This document shows, piece after piece, positions 28,301 through 38,351 of a stretch of 64,000 nt of DNA. Both the position numbers and the translations under genes were made by a program. Position 1 is the stretch's first letter. The number at the start of each line of letters is the position of its first letter. Under the pieces are notes generated by a model. The model was given only the letters and a program-made list of their open reading frames with translations, made no database searches and was not told the origin of the DNA. The DNA comes from Opitutia bacterium (lineage in GTDB: Bacteria > Verrucomicrobiota > Verrucomicrobiia > Opitutales > UBA953). The stretch lies in NCBI GenBank assembly GCA_947378905.1, contig CANCLV010000001.1, positions 8,556-72,555 of the forward strand, read 5' to 3'.

Positions 28301-29911
28301 ATGGCCAAGCAATTCGACGCAATTATTATTGGGAGTGGCATTGGGGGGCTTAGTTTTGCCCTCAATTTAGCCCGCTATGGCCGTTCAGTTGCTGTTGTTA
28401 CCAAGAAGACTAGCAGTGAATCTAACACCAATTGGGCTCAAGGTGGCATTGCTTGTGTGACCGACAAAACGGATGACTTCACGAGTCACGTCAATGACAC
28501 GCTCACCGCTGGCGATGGCTTGTGCGAGCTGAATGCTGTGAAGCATATTATCGAGTCGGGACCTGCTCGTGTTGCCGAATTGATTGAGTGGGGAGTGAAA
28601 TTTGAAAACGGTGCCGATGGAAATCCAGATTTAGGTCGTGAAGGTGGACATTCCAAAAGACGAATACTTCATGCACGCGACATGACTGGCCGTGCCATTG
28701 AGTCTGCCCTCATTCGTGCCGTAAATTTACAAAAGAATATCACTATTCTCGAACACCATTTAGCGATTGATTTAATCACTCTATCTAAAATTCAAAACTC
28801 TGGCGTGAATACCGTGGAAGATCGAGTTGTCGGAGTTCACGTTTTAAATACCAAGCAAAGTAAGGTAGAAACTTTATCGGCTACTGTTGTAGTTTTGGCA
28901 ACGGGCGGCATCGGTCAGGTTTATCAGTTCACTACAAATCCTGATATCGCAACCGGCGATGGTATTGCGATGGCCTATCGTGCAGGAGCTGAAATAAGAG
29001 ACATGGAGATGGTGCAATTCCACCCTACGGCCTTAAAATCTTCGGATGGTAGCCGTGCCTTGATTTCAGAGGCGGTGCGTGGTGAAGGCGCGATTCTAAG
29101 GGACATGAATGGTCGTGCGTTCATGAAGGATTTTCATCCGTTGGGCGATTTGGCCCCACGCGACGTGGTCGCTCGTGCGATCGACTCAGTCATGAAACGC
29201 GATGGAGCCCCTCACGTACTACTCGACATTACTAAAGTTGCCCAAGGACACTTGGCTGAACGTTTCCCACATATTTACTCTACCTGCCTCAAGGCTGGTT
29301 TCGATTTAACAAAAGATTATATTCCTGTGGTTCCTGCAGCTCACTATTTATGTGGCGGAGTTACCACAGATTTAAGTGGTCGTACCACCCTGCCTGGGCT
29401 TTACGCGGTTGGTGAAGTCGCGAGCACGGGCCTGCACGGCGCTAATCGTTTAGCTTCTAATTCTCTCTTGGAAGCGGTGGTGCTATCATACGATGGGGCT
29501 GCGGCCGCTGATAATGAAATTAAAAACCAAGTGATTGGTAATTTTGTTCTACCAGCATGGGTAGACGGTGCATTAGGGGATCCAGATGAACGCGTAGTTC
29601 TAACGCACAACTGGGATGAACTTCGTCGAACCATGTGGGATTACGTCGGAATTGTTCGTTCAACTAAGCGACTGAAACGCGCACAAACACGTATCCGTAC
29701 ACTGAGCGAAGAAGTTCGTGAATACTATTGGAACTTCAAGGTGGAGCCTCGTTTACTTGAATTACGTAATTTAATTCAAGTTGCTGAATTGATTATTGAT
29801 TGTGCGTTGCAGCGGCATGAAAGCAGAGGCCTGCATTACACCTTAGATTTTCCAACGCAAAGTAAGTCGATTGTGCACTCGATGGTACGTCGAAATTTAA
29901 ATCAAAAATGA
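28301..29911 (+). CDS. nadB: L-aspartate oxidase
   Basis: FAD motif IIIGSGIGGL, then GGIGQVY, HPTAL and RHESRGLHY. Length 536 aa. Confidence 0.95.
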   Translation: MAKQFDAIIIGSGIGGLSFALNLARYGRSVAVVTKKTSSESNTNWAQGGIACVTDKTDDFTSHVNDTLTAGDGLCELNAVKHIIESGPARVAELIEWGVKFENGADGNPDLGREGGHSKRRILHARDMTGRAIESALIRAVNLQKNITILEHHLAIDLITLSKIQNSGVNTVEDRVVGVHVLNTKQSKVETLSATVVVLATGGIGQVYQFTTNPDIATGDGIAMAYRAGAEIRDMEMVQFHPTALKSSDGSRALISEAVRGEGAILRDMNGRAFMKDFHPLGDLAPRDVVARAIDSVMKRDGAPHVLLDITKVAQGHLAERFPHIYSTCLKAGFDLTKDYIPVVPAAHYLCGGVTTDLSGRTTLPGLYAVGEVASTGLHGANRLASNSLLEAVVLSYDGAAAADNEIKNQVIGNFVLPAWVDGALGDPDERVVLTHNWDELRRTMWDYVGIVRSTKRLKRAQTRIRTLSEEVREYYWNFKVEPRLLELRNLIQVAELIIDCALQRHESRGLHYTLDFPTQSKSIVHSMVRRNLNQK

Positions 29912-30831
29912 AAATCACAATCGTCGGAGCTGGAGCCGTAGGAGGATGGTATGGCGGGCTGTTAGCTCAACAAGGTCACGAGGTTTATTTTGTGACCCGA
30001 CGTGATTGTGAAATCATTAATCAGCAAGGCTTGTGCATGCGTGACGCCAAGGGAGACAAAATTGTTAAGATTAAGAAAGCCTACCCTGACTGTGGTTCAA
30101 TCGGAGTTTGTGATTTAATTGTGATTGCTGCCAAATCGACTGCCAATCTCACTCTGCCTGATTTTATTAAAACTTTGATCGGGCAAAATACTGTCCTGCT
30201 CACACTACAAAATGGCATGGGAAATTGTGAGACATTTGCCTCGGTAATTGCAGTCGAGAGAATCGTCGCTGGTCTTTGTTTCGTTTGCATTAATCGAATC
30301 GGCCCCGGTATTGTTAAAAATACTCATTCAGGTTATGTTCGCATGGCTTCAGCCTTCGGTCCGCCAACTGAGTCAGTTAAGCAGTGCGTCCAATTATTTT
30401 CTGATGCTGGTGTCGATTGTCAGTCTGAACAATCGCTCGACGTCGTGTTATGGAAAAAACTTTGCTGGAATATTCCTTTTAATGGCCTGTCTATCGCTGG
30501 CGGAGGAATAACCACAGACAAAATCATGTCTAATGTCTTACTGCGCGAACGTGCCGTAGAACTGATGAAAGAAGTACAGGCTGCTGCAGCGGCATGTGGA
30601 GCTCCCTTCAAAGATGAACATATTGAACGGCAGATAAAAGTGACTGCTGGAATGGGTGCATACCGACCCTCTAGCTTGATTGATTACCTAGAGGGACGAG
30701 AGGTGGAAGTTGCAGGCCTGTGGGGTGAGCCACTTCGACGGGGTCTGGCGGCAGGCGTAAGTATGCCGAAACTATCTCAACTGAAGATTGAGATAGAACA
30801 AAAGCTACAGGCTCGTGATCGACTTACTTAG
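29908..30831 (+). CDS. panE: 2-dehydropantoate 2-reductase
   Basis: MKITIVGAGAVGG Rossmann start, ApbA/PanE family layout, C-terminal helical domain with SSLIDYLEGREVEV. 4-nt overlap with nadB. Confidence 0.85.
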   Translation: MKITIVGAGAVGGWYGGLLAQQGHEVYFVTRRDCEIINQQGLCMRDAKGDKIVKIKKAYPDCGSIGVCDLIVIAAKSTANLTLPDFIKTLIGQNTVLLTLQNGMGNCETFASVIAVERIVAGLCFVCINRIGPGIVKNTHSGYVRMASAFGPPTESVKQCVQLFSDAGVDCQSEQSLDVVLWKKLCWNIPFNGLSIAGGGITTDKIMSNVLLRERAVELMKEVQAAAAACGAPFKDEHIERQIKVTAGMGAYRPSSLIDYLEGREVEVAGLWGEPLRRGLAAGVSMPKLSQLKIEIEQKLQARDRLT

Positions 30832-31288
30832 CGGGTGCAGCGGCAACAGGCAGACGGGACAAGACATTATCAACGGCCGTCGCTGTTTTGGCTACGCTCC
30901 AGAAACTAATTGGCACGCCTGAACCTGAATCACCTGAGAACACTTTTTGTCCCTGTTTATTGAAAAGGCTCATTGAAAGTGAGATTGAAACCTCATCTTT
31001 GCGCATACTGTTATTACTGTTCGAAATATGCCAAGTGCTGCGGAGTGTCGCATCTGCATCGGCTTTGGAATTAGCTACGGTGTATCCTCGGCTTCTTAGC
31101 TCGCCTTCAGCCGTTTCAATTACAGTGGAGTTGAATTGAACAACGTTGGATGAATCCGACGTCTGTGGAGCTTCGACGTAGACTTTGGTAAAGTTAATCG
31201 ATTTTTGGGTTCTTGAGCTGGAGCTGCATCCAATAATAGACACAGCAATTAAAACTAAAGCCAGGGGGGTAAACCGTGTGAAGTGCAT
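30824..31288 (-). CDS. Small lipoprotein, unknown function
   Basis: Signal peptide with lipobox (VSIIGCSSS). Length 154 aa. No recognised motif. Confidence 0.6.
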   Translation of the reverse strand: MHFTRFTPLALVLIAVSIIGCSSSSRTQKSINFTKVYVEAPQTSDSSNVVQFNSTVIETAEGELRSRGYTVANSKADADATLRSTWHISNSNNSMRKDEVSISLSMSLFNKQGQKVFSGDSGSGVPISFWSVAKTATAVDNVLSRLPVAAAPAK

Positions 31289-31407
31289 AAGATGTGTATG
31301 ACTGAGGCTGGAAATTTAACAAGCCGAGAGATAGGGTCAATTCATACAAATATTCGATATTGCTCAAAATATTGAATAAAAACATATAAAAACATCTTTA
31401 GAGAGAT

Positions 31408-32463
31408 ATGCGTGCCTTAAAAGCCATTACACTAGATTTAGTAGGGACTATACTTACGCCCTACCCATCGGTGGGTGCGGTGTATGCCGAGGTCGCGCAA
31501 AAATGCGGAGTCACTATTTCAGCAAAGACAATGAATGATCGATTCCCGGCGGCTTTCAAAAGCGTTTCACCAAAACTTAAACCGGAAGTGTTTTGGAAAG
31601 AAGTCGTCGTACGAACTTTTGGTGAAGACTTACCCTATGAGAAACGTGATGATGTTGCTGAGAGATGCTGGACGGCTTTTGCATCAGCTAAATCATGGCA
31701 GCTGACTCCAGGGTCGATTAGTACGCTGACTGCACTGAGATTTTTAGGATTAAAGGTATGTGTCCTTTCGAATGCTGACGTAAGAATGCACAAGATTTTG
31801 AAAGAACTTGATCTCTTCAAATTCTTAGACGGTGTATTTTTAGCGGATGAAATTGGCTATCGTAAGCCAGACGCACGCGCATTCCAACATGTTGCACGCA
31901 CTCTACAGGTGCCATTGAATCAATTAGCCCACATTGGAGATAATCCAGATGAAGACGGCAGCGGTGCACGTGATGCAGGCGTCCTCGGTATCGTAGTCGG
32001 TGGCCGTCATGCACCTGAAAACTGCCTACGCGCTGAAAAGTTAGAAGAAATTCCTTATGTGGTTCGTGCCGTTTTAACTGAAGGTAAGAAGAAAGGTCGC
32101 TTTTCTCGAAATGTTATAAATCTATTGGCGAACTTGCGCGGACTACCGGAAGACAGAAGTCGATCCACGCTACGCGATAGTGTCTCCATTGACGATGCGG
32201 TGACGCAGGCATTTCGTAAGTTGCGACTCGATAAGCCAGTGCCAGAGGATGCCATCATTGCTTCATGGAATAAATTATTGCCGCTAAAGCTTTCCCGACG
32301 ATGCGCTCCATTAAAAGTCATCGAAGACGGACGACTAATTATTCAATGTGAAAGTGCTGTTATAAAATCCGAAGCCAGATTCTTCGAAAAAAGTTTATTA
32401 CAAAAAATCCGGGAGCTGCCTGGATGTCGCCAGGTCAAAGCAATCTCTTGGGTTACGGCTTAG
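31408..32463 (+). CDS. HAD-IA (REG-2-like) hydrolase fused to a C-terminal DUF721/DciA-like domain
   Basis: HAD motif I is ITLDLVGT (the D-x-V-G-T variant seen in the REG-2-like subfamily), motif II is VLSN, and motif IV is IGDNPDEDGSGARDAG. The C-terminal ~90 aa (SWNKLLPLKLSRRCAPLKVIEDGRLIIQCESAVIKSEARFFEKSLLQKI) fit the DUF721 pattern W..hh....a....P..h..G.L.h...s. Confidence 0.75.
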   Translation: MRALKAITLDLVGTILTPYPSVGAVYAEVAQKCGVTISAKTMNDRFPAAFKSVSPKLKPEVFWKEVVVRTFGEDLPYEKRDDVAERCWTAFASAKSWQLTPGSISTLTALRFLGLKVCVLSNADVRMHKILKELDLFKFLDGVFLADEIGYRKPDARAFQHVARTLQVPLNQLAHIGDNPDEDGSGARDAGVLGIVVGGRHAPENCLRAEKLEEIPYVVRAVLTEGKKKGRFSRNVINLLANLRGLPEDRSRSTLRDSVSIDDAVTQAFRKLRLDKPVPEDAIIASWNKLLPLKLSRRCAPLKVIEDGRLIIQCESAVIKSEARFFEKSLLQKIRELPGCRQVKAISWVTA

Positions 32464-32857
32464 TGGGTTTCTCTTTGGGTTCGAACGGTTTTAAAAACGC
32501 ATCTTTAAAATCGTATATGTTTACGAAGTCCTCAATTTGATCTTCGGCCGAACGTCCAAAAAGCCCAGTATCTATGATGTTAAATACGATATTACCAACA
32601 TCCACACTCTTCTTGATGCCCCAATTGTTTAATAAGGCATAAGAAAGTGGACCATAAGTTTCTAAAGTGTGTAAGCGGAATCCTTCTAGGAGTTGTTTGC
32701 CTGTTACGTGACGATTAGTTTTCTTGCTACCCTTCTTTTCTTCGCCGTGAACTTGTTTTTGAGCGGCATCTAATGCCATTCTTACTAAGTGATAAGACTG
32801 TGGGCTGTAGCGTGGGTCTTTTTCGTGACAGAGTTTAATCGCTTCTTCAAAATTCAT
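32453..32857 (-). CDS. Conserved hypothetical protein (about 134 aa)
   Basis: I prefer the start at ATG 32857 (MNFEEAIKL), one nt after the hisC stop. The longer ORF-track start (32911) would overlap hisC by 53 nt. No recognised catalytic motif. Confidence 0.55.
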   Translation of the reverse strand: MNFEEAIKLCHEKDPRYSPQSYHLVRMALDAAQKQVHGEEKKGSKKTNRHVTGKQLLEGFRLHTLETYGPLSYALLNNWGIKKSVDVGNIVFNIIDTGLFGRSAEDQIEDFVNIYDFKDAFLKPFEPKEKPTKP

Positions 32858-32858
32858 A

Positions 32859-33977
32859 TTAAAGTTTTTTGAGCTCATCCAGCAGGCGAGCATTTTGGGC
32901 TTCGGTACCAATCGTGAGTCGAAGCCATCCAGTCATACCATAACCCTTAAGGGGTCGGACAATGACGCCCACTTTTTGTAATTGGATGAATGCATCTTCT
33001 GCATTGGGAATTTGAGCAGCCAAGAAGTTTGCTTTGCCGTCGATATATTTAAAGCCCAAGGCCTTGAGCCCCTGACCTAATTGAGCGATGCCTGCTGCGT
33101 TGATCTTCTTACTTTTAGCTAAGAATTCTTGGTCATCTAAAGCGGCTTCGGCGGCGGCAAGGGCAGGCAAATTAACATTGAAAGGTTGACGTACACGGTT
33201 GAGAAGTCCGCAAACTTCGCTGGAACCCATGAGGTAGCCCACACGTAGTCCGGCCAAGCCATACGCCTTTGAGAAAGTGCGAGTAACAACAACTTTACGT
33301 CCTGCTTTGATGAGTTCGCGCAAGTCCGCTGATGAATCTAAATACTCGGTGTAAGCTTCATCTAGGCAAAAGATTACATGATCCGGTAATGACTTTGCTA
33401 ATTCAATAATGTCTTGTGGGTTATCTGTTCCACCGGTGGGATTATTGGGACTAGCTAAAAATAGAATACGTGTCTTGTCGGTGACCGCGGCACGCATGGC
33501 TTTTAAGTCGTGACAGAAATTGGGCATGGGCACTTCGACAGGTGTAGCCCCTTGCATGAGTGTTGCTAATTTATAGACGATGAAAGCTTGTGACCCGAAA
33601 ATAACTTCGTTGCCTGGGCGCAGGAAAGCTTGAGCCAAAAGAATCATGACTTCGTTGGAACCATTACCGATCACAAATTGATTCGGTTGCATGGACCAAA
33701 CCTTGGCTAATTTTTCGCGCAAAAATGTAGAACCACCATCAGGATAAAGGTGAGCGGACTCTAAAGCTTTTTTGGCGGCGGCCAGTCCCAGTGGCGAAGG
33801 GCCTAATGGGTTCTCATTGGAAGCCAGTTTAATGACAGAACTAGGATCGAGGCCGAACTCACGAGCCACCACTTCAATAGGACGCCCTGCCTCATAGACT
33901 GGCTGAGAGAGCACCGGTTGATTGGCCAATTCGGAATAGGTCGGCATAAAGTTTAATACCAAACTATACTTCGACAT
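32859..33977 (-). CDS. hisC: Histidinol-phosphate aminotransferase
   Basis: Class II aminotransferase with LASNENPLGPSP, NPNNPTG and the TFSKAYGLAGLRVGY PLP-lysine motif. Confidence 0.93.
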   Translation of the reverse strand: MSKYSLVLNFMPTYSELANQPVLSQPVYEAGRPIEVVAREFGLDPSSVIKLASNENPLGPSPLGLAAAKKALESAHLYPDGGSTFLREKLAKVWSMQPNQFVIGNGSNEVMILLAQAFLRPGNEVIFGSQAFIVYKLATLMQGATPVEVPMPNFCHDLKAMRAAVTDKTRILFLASPNNPTGGTDNPQDIIELAKSLPDHVIFCLDEAYTEYLDSSADLRELIKAGRKVVVTRTFSKAYGLAGLRVGYLMGSSEVCGLLNRVRQPFNVNLPALAAAEAALDDQEFLAKSKKINAAGIAQLGQGLKALGFKYIDGKANFLAAQIPNAEDAFIQLQKVGVIVRPLKGYGMTGWLRLTIGTEAQNARLLDELKKL

Positions 33978-34025
33978 TTTGCAAGCGTCGGAACGCCCTC
34001 CCCGCTTGCCTAAATCAGTTTATTT

Positions 34026-35006
34026 ATGTTAAATCACGACATGCGAATTATCGTTACAGGAGCCACTGGATTTCTGGGGCGGGCTGTAGTTGAGGCCGCC
34101 CAACGTCGTGGGCATGATGTTTTGGCAATCGGTGGCAAAAACACTCTCCATCTCAGTGAACCCGTTCGTTTCTTGCAGATGAATCTTTGCGATGATGTTA
34201 AATTGCAATCACTGATACTCGAAGAATTCCCTCAGGCGGTCATTAATTGCGCAGGCTTAACCAAAGTAAATGATTGTGAAGCGAATAAAGAATTAGCGGC
34301 AGAGCTGAATGAGCATCTACCTAAAAAATTAGCCCAACTTTGTTTTCACGTAGGTGGTAAACTCATTCATTTTTCTACGGACATGGTCTTCGATGGGAAA
34401 TCCGGTAAATATGGTCATACCGATCAGCCCAATCCTTTAAATACTTATGCCTTAACAAAAGCGGCTGGTGAAGTTGCCGTACTCAATTATGGCAGAGAAC
34501 ATTCTGCGGTAATTCGCACCTCAGTTCTCAATGGAAATTCTTTTACCGGGCAATTCTCACTACATGAAAGACTTTTCCATGAGTGGGTGTCGGGTAAAAC
34601 GAGTTCACTTTATACCGACGAGATTCGTCAACCAGTCTCTTACAGTAACTTGGCTGATGTAGCTGTTGAGTTGTGCGAAAGAACAACGCTGAATGGAGTT
34701 TATCACTGGGCGGGATTAGATGCACTGAGTCGTTACTCGATTGGTCAGAAAATTGCCGAGCACTTTGGACTTAATCCAGAAAAACTACTTCAGCCAGTGA
34801 CTCGGGAAAACGCCAGCGACGACCCCCTGCGTCCACGCAATCTTAGCTTATTGCTTCACCCCCTGGCCGGTAAACTTAAGACACCCGCACAGACATTTAG
34901 TGACCAATTAGGGGAATTACGTGTACCTCGCGGATGTGAGGATTGGTATGAAAAGGAAACTGGCAGAAAGGTCGTGCGTTTACTCCAGAAGTCGTTAGAT
35001 TATTAA
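34026..35006 (+). CDS. SDR-family NAD(P)-dependent reductase, RmlD (dTDP-4-dehydrorhamnose reductase)-like
   Basis: MRIIVTGATGFLG Rossmann motif (an alternative start at 34041 gives exactly this N-terminus) and a YALTKAAGE catalytic YxxxK. Substrate unknown. Confidence 0.75.
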   Translation: MLNHDMRIIVTGATGFLGRAVVEAAQRRGHDVLAIGGKNTLHLSEPVRFLQMNLCDDVKLQSLILEEFPQAVINCAGLTKVNDCEANKELAAELNEHLPKKLAQLCFHVGGKLIHFSTDMVFDGKSGKYGHTDQPNPLNTYALTKAAGEVAVLNYGREHSAVIRTSVLNGNSFTGQFSLHERLFHEWVSGKTSSLYTDEIRQPVSYSNLADVAVELCERTTLNGVYHWAGLDALSRYSIGQKIAEHFGLNPEKLLQPVTRENASDDPLRPRNLSLLLHPLAGKLKTPAQTFSDQLGELRVPRGCEDWYEKETGRKVVRLLQKSLDY

Positions 35007-35007
35007 T

Positions 35008-35715
35008 ATGGATGTACTACCCCGCGAATATAGCACCGCCGTAGCAAATATGTCGGCCAACTTATTGTTGCTCGATCACTATCCGCATCCGAAAAATATT
35101 CGTTATCGCCCTTTTGCTTGGTCGGAACCCGCTTACACTTTTGGCGTTTCCCAAGAATGGAAAAAATATCGTGCCGTGGTGCCTGCTCATATTCCACTGG
35201 TTCGTCGTTCAACCGGTGGAGGTTTAGTTTCCCACATCGAGGATTGGACATTTGCAATTGTGATTCCGCCGGAACATCCGCTCTACAAATCGGGTACTCT
35301 GGAGGCTTATGAAACAGTCCATCGCGCAATGCTCGAATGTCTACTTGCCCAAAAACTCAAAGTTAAATTAGTTCCACTACCCTCAAGTCAGAGAGAATTT
35401 AAAGCTCCCGATCAATGTGAGCATCATGCCGAGCCCCATGACTTGGTCTTGGTGGAAGATAATCGTAAAGTCGCTGGTGCGGCCCAAAAACGTAATAAAA
35501 ACGGTCTTTTAATTGAAGGTTACATTTCACGCACACTCCTAGCAGGCTGTGACTGGGAGCGCTTCGCAGTAGATTTCCCTAAAGTCCTCGGCAAAGCACT
35601 CAATAGTGAAGCAGTCGATGTTCACTCGCCGATTTACGATCAATCCCACCACGAAGGCTGTTGGGCCAAGTTTAATTCGTGCAGTTGGAACGAGCACCGC
35701 GATCTACCCGAATAA
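35008..35715 (+). CDS. Biotin/lipoate A/B protein ligase family protein (LplA/LipB-like)
   Basis: RRSTGGGLVSHIEDWTFAIV and RKVAGAAQKRNKNGLLIEG correspond to the RRxSGGGAVxHD and KxxGxAQ motifs of the BPL_LplA_LipB family. Confidence 0.7.
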   Translation: MDVLPREYSTAVANMSANLLLLDHYPHPKNIRYRPFAWSEPAYTFGVSQEWKKYRAVVPAHIPLVRRSTGGGLVSHIEDWTFAIVIPPEHPLYKSGTLEAYETVHRAMLECLLAQKLKVKLVPLPSSQREFKAPDQCEHHAEPHDLVLVEDNRKVAGAAQKRNKNGLLIEGYISRTLLAGCDWERFAVDFPKVLGKALNSEAVDVHSPIYDQSHHEGCWAKFNSCSWNEHRDLPE

Positions 35716-38274
35716 ATCCAACTCAGGGCCTTGATTCTTTTTCTCAGGCGGAGTTTTAGCTTCGGGGGTTTTCGTTTCTTTCTTTGTTACCTTGGCTGGT
35801 ATGGCAAGTTGACTGACGTCGGCAGTCGTGACGACCTGCTTATTGGGTAAACCTCCGCCCGTTTCTAAACCAGATAAAATTTCACGTGCACGTGATACCA
35901 CACCAGGTGGCATCCCTGCTAATCTTGCAACTTGTATGCCGTAGGAGCGATCAGCTGCGCCTGGCACAACACGACGAATGAAAACAATTTCATCCTGCCA
36001 TTCTTTGACGGCGACAGACCAATTGCGTAAACGACTCAGCGAAGAGGCTAATTGTGTTAGCTCGTGATAGTGGGTCGCGAAGAGTGTTCGTGGGCCTGCA
36101 TTCTCTTTACCGTGTAAGTGTTCGGCTACCGCCCATGCGATGCTGATGCCGTCATAGGTACTGGTGCCTCGTCCAATTTCATCCAGTACGACGAGGGACT
36201 TAACGGTGGCATTATTTAAAATATTAGCGGTCTCATTCATCTCCACCATGAAGGTGGAATTACCTCGAGCCAGTTCATCGGAGGCACCTACACGACAGAA
36301 GACTCTGTCGACCAATCCAATATGAGCCTCGGTGGCGGGCACCCAACAGCCAATATGAGCGAGTAAAACAATCAGCGCTACTTGTCTGATGTAAGTAGAC
36401 TTACCGGCCATGTTGGGGCCTGTGATAAGTGCAATTTGCTCTTTACTAGATTGAAGGTCGGTATCGTTGGGTACAAATGACCCAGCACCTGGTCTGTTTT
36501 GTAAAACACGTTCAATAACTGGGTGGCGGCCTTGTTTGATTTTTATAACATCAGAATGATCTACTGTGGGGCAGCACCAATTTGACTCACGGGCTAACTC
36601 CGCCCAGCCATGTAAGATATCAACTTCAGCCAAAGTTTGAGCACTTGCTAAGAGCGAAGAAGTTTTCGCTAACACTTCGTTCAGCAAAAGCTGAAATAAA
36701 TCTAACTCGCGTGAAAGTGCTTGTTCATCGGCACGTAATACTTCCCTCTCTTTTTTGCGAAGTTCTTCCGTGGTGTAACGCTCGGCGTTAACCATGGTTT
36801 GTTTGCGGATATAGTCAGCGGGAACTTGATCTAGATTAGATTTGGTCACTTCGATTGCATACCCGAAAGCCCCATTATATTTTACTTTTAAATTTTTGAT
36901 ACCAGTTCGGGTTTGTTCCTGACGTTCAAAATCAGATATCCATGTTTTACTGTCGGTAGCGAGTGAACGTAATCGATCGAGTTCGGCGTCGAAACCGGTA
37001 CGTAACGCTCCACCGTCTGTCAAATCGATCGGTAACTCGTCAGCTAGGGCTTTCTCTAGTTTAACAAGCAGTTCGTTTTCACTATCGATTTTTTCAGCGT
37101 ATAATTGAACGGCAGGATTAGGTAAGGCTGCTAATTCTTCTTTGAGAGCAGGAAAGGCTTTAAGAGAATCGCGAATGCCGCCCAACTCACGAGGATTGCG
37201 TAGACGATTCTGTAGCCGTGCTAAAATTCGAGGGATATCTCGAGTGCTGCTAAGTAATTCGGCCACACGTGCAGACGCACCGGGGTGCTTGATGAAACCA
37301 GTGACGGCTTTCTGACGTTGTTGAATGATTGCTAAATCTGTGGAGGGTTCGGTCAGCCACAGCGCCAGCAGTCTGGCTCCGCCAGCGGTGCAGGTGCGAT
37401 CAATCGACTCCAGTAGCGATGTTTCCTTTGAACCAGTGGTGCCATTAAAGAGTTCAAGGTTCTTGGCCGAGGCGGCATCGATAAGCACTGATGAGCCGAG
37501 TTTGAGTTCGGTAACTTTAAAAAGATTTTGAGGACGACTACACAATGAATCGGTAACGTATCCTAGGACTGCTCCTGCTGAACCGAGTGCAGGATGGGTG
37601 TCATTGAGTCCAAAGCCTGCCAGACTGTGCACAGAGAGTGTTTGGCAGACTAACTGAGATCCAGTCGAGCCATCAAAATTCCAACTCGGTAGACGCGAGA
37701 CAGATCTTCCTTCTAAAAATATCTCGAGCAACTGACTGAACGCTGGTTCAACTTCCAAGCCTTCGGGTAATAAAACTTCGCGCGGATTGATAGAGTGTAA
37801 AAGTGACAACAAACGTTCCACTTGAGTGTCAGTGGCGATGCGGAAATCAGCAGTTGAGACATCTAACCACGATGCATGCCAACCTTGTTTATTCCAGTTG
37901 AGGGCCAAAAGATAATTACCGCGCCGTGAGTCTAATTGAGAATCTTCTAATGCGGTGCCTGGTGTGAGGATACGAGTGATACCGCGGCGAACCAGTTTGC
38001 CGGTGACTGGGGCTTCGAGCTGATCGCAGATGGCAACCTTCCAGCCTGCAGCTAGGAGACGATTTACGTAATTAGGTGCCGCATGGTACGGTAAGCCGGC
38101 CATAGGCGTCTCGTGTCGCTTGGTCAGTGTTAAGCCAATAACTTTAGAGGCCGTAACCGCGTCCTCGCCAAAAACTTCATAGAAGTCGCCCAGTCGAAAT
38201 AGCAAAAGAGTACCTGGTGCGAGTTTGTCTCGCAACTCCCGGTATTGTTTCTGCATGGGGGTTTCCTTCTCCAC
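35704..38274 (-). CDS. mutS: DNA mismatch repair protein MutS
   Basis: N-terminal TPMQKQY, Walker A GPNMAGKST, DEIGRGTSTYDG and a C-terminal HTH region. Length 856 aa. Confidence 0.97.
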   Translation of the reverse strand: MEKETPMQKQYRELRDKLAPGTLLLFRLGDFYEVFGEDAVTASKVIGLTLTKRHETPMAGLPYHAAPNYVNRLLAAGWKVAICDQLEAPVTGKLVRRGITRILTPGTALEDSQLDSRRGNYLLALNWNKQGWHASWLDVSTADFRIATDTQVERLLSLLHSINPREVLLPEGLEVEPAFSQLLEIFLEGRSVSRLPSWNFDGSTGSQLVCQTLSVHSLAGFGLNDTHPALGSAGAVLGYVTDSLCSRPQNLFKVTELKLGSSVLIDAASAKNLELFNGTTGSKETSLLESIDRTCTAGGARLLALWLTEPSTDLAIIQQRQKAVTGFIKHPGASARVAELLSSTRDIPRILARLQNRLRNPRELGGIRDSLKAFPALKEELAALPNPAVQLYAEKIDSENELLVKLEKALADELPIDLTDGGALRTGFDAELDRLRSLATDSKTWISDFERQEQTRTGIKNLKVKYNGAFGYAIEVTKSNLDQVPADYIRKQTMVNAERYTTEELRKKEREVLRADEQALSRELDLFQLLLNEVLAKTSSLLASAQTLAEVDILHGWAELARESNWCCPTVDHSDVIKIKQGRHPVIERVLQNRPGAGSFVPNDTDLQSSKEQIALITGPNMAGKSTYIRQVALIVLLAHIGCWVPATEAHIGLVDRVFCRVGASDELARGNSTFMVEMNETANILNNATVKSLVVLDEIGRGTSTYDGISIAWAVAEHLHGKENAGPRTLFATHYHELTQLASSLSRLRNWSVAVKEWQDEIVFIRRVVPGAADRSYGIQVARLAGMPPGVVSRAREILSGLETGGGLPNKQVVTTADVSQLAIPAKVTKKETKTPEAKTPPEKKNQGPELDLFG

Positions 38275-38351
38275 TAGGACAAGCCAATAGACCCCCGCGA
38301 TGTGAGCAAGATTGGATTAATCCTTGGGAGAATTTACCCAGCTAAAATTGT

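Noticed and set aside
33981-34009. The inverted repeat GCAAGCG-N15-CGCTTGC in the 48-nt divergent region between hisC and the RmlD-like gene.
   Set aside because: It is a single occurrence with a long, non-symmetrical spacer and no associated regulator gene. It could be a binding site or chance, and nothing further can be inferred.
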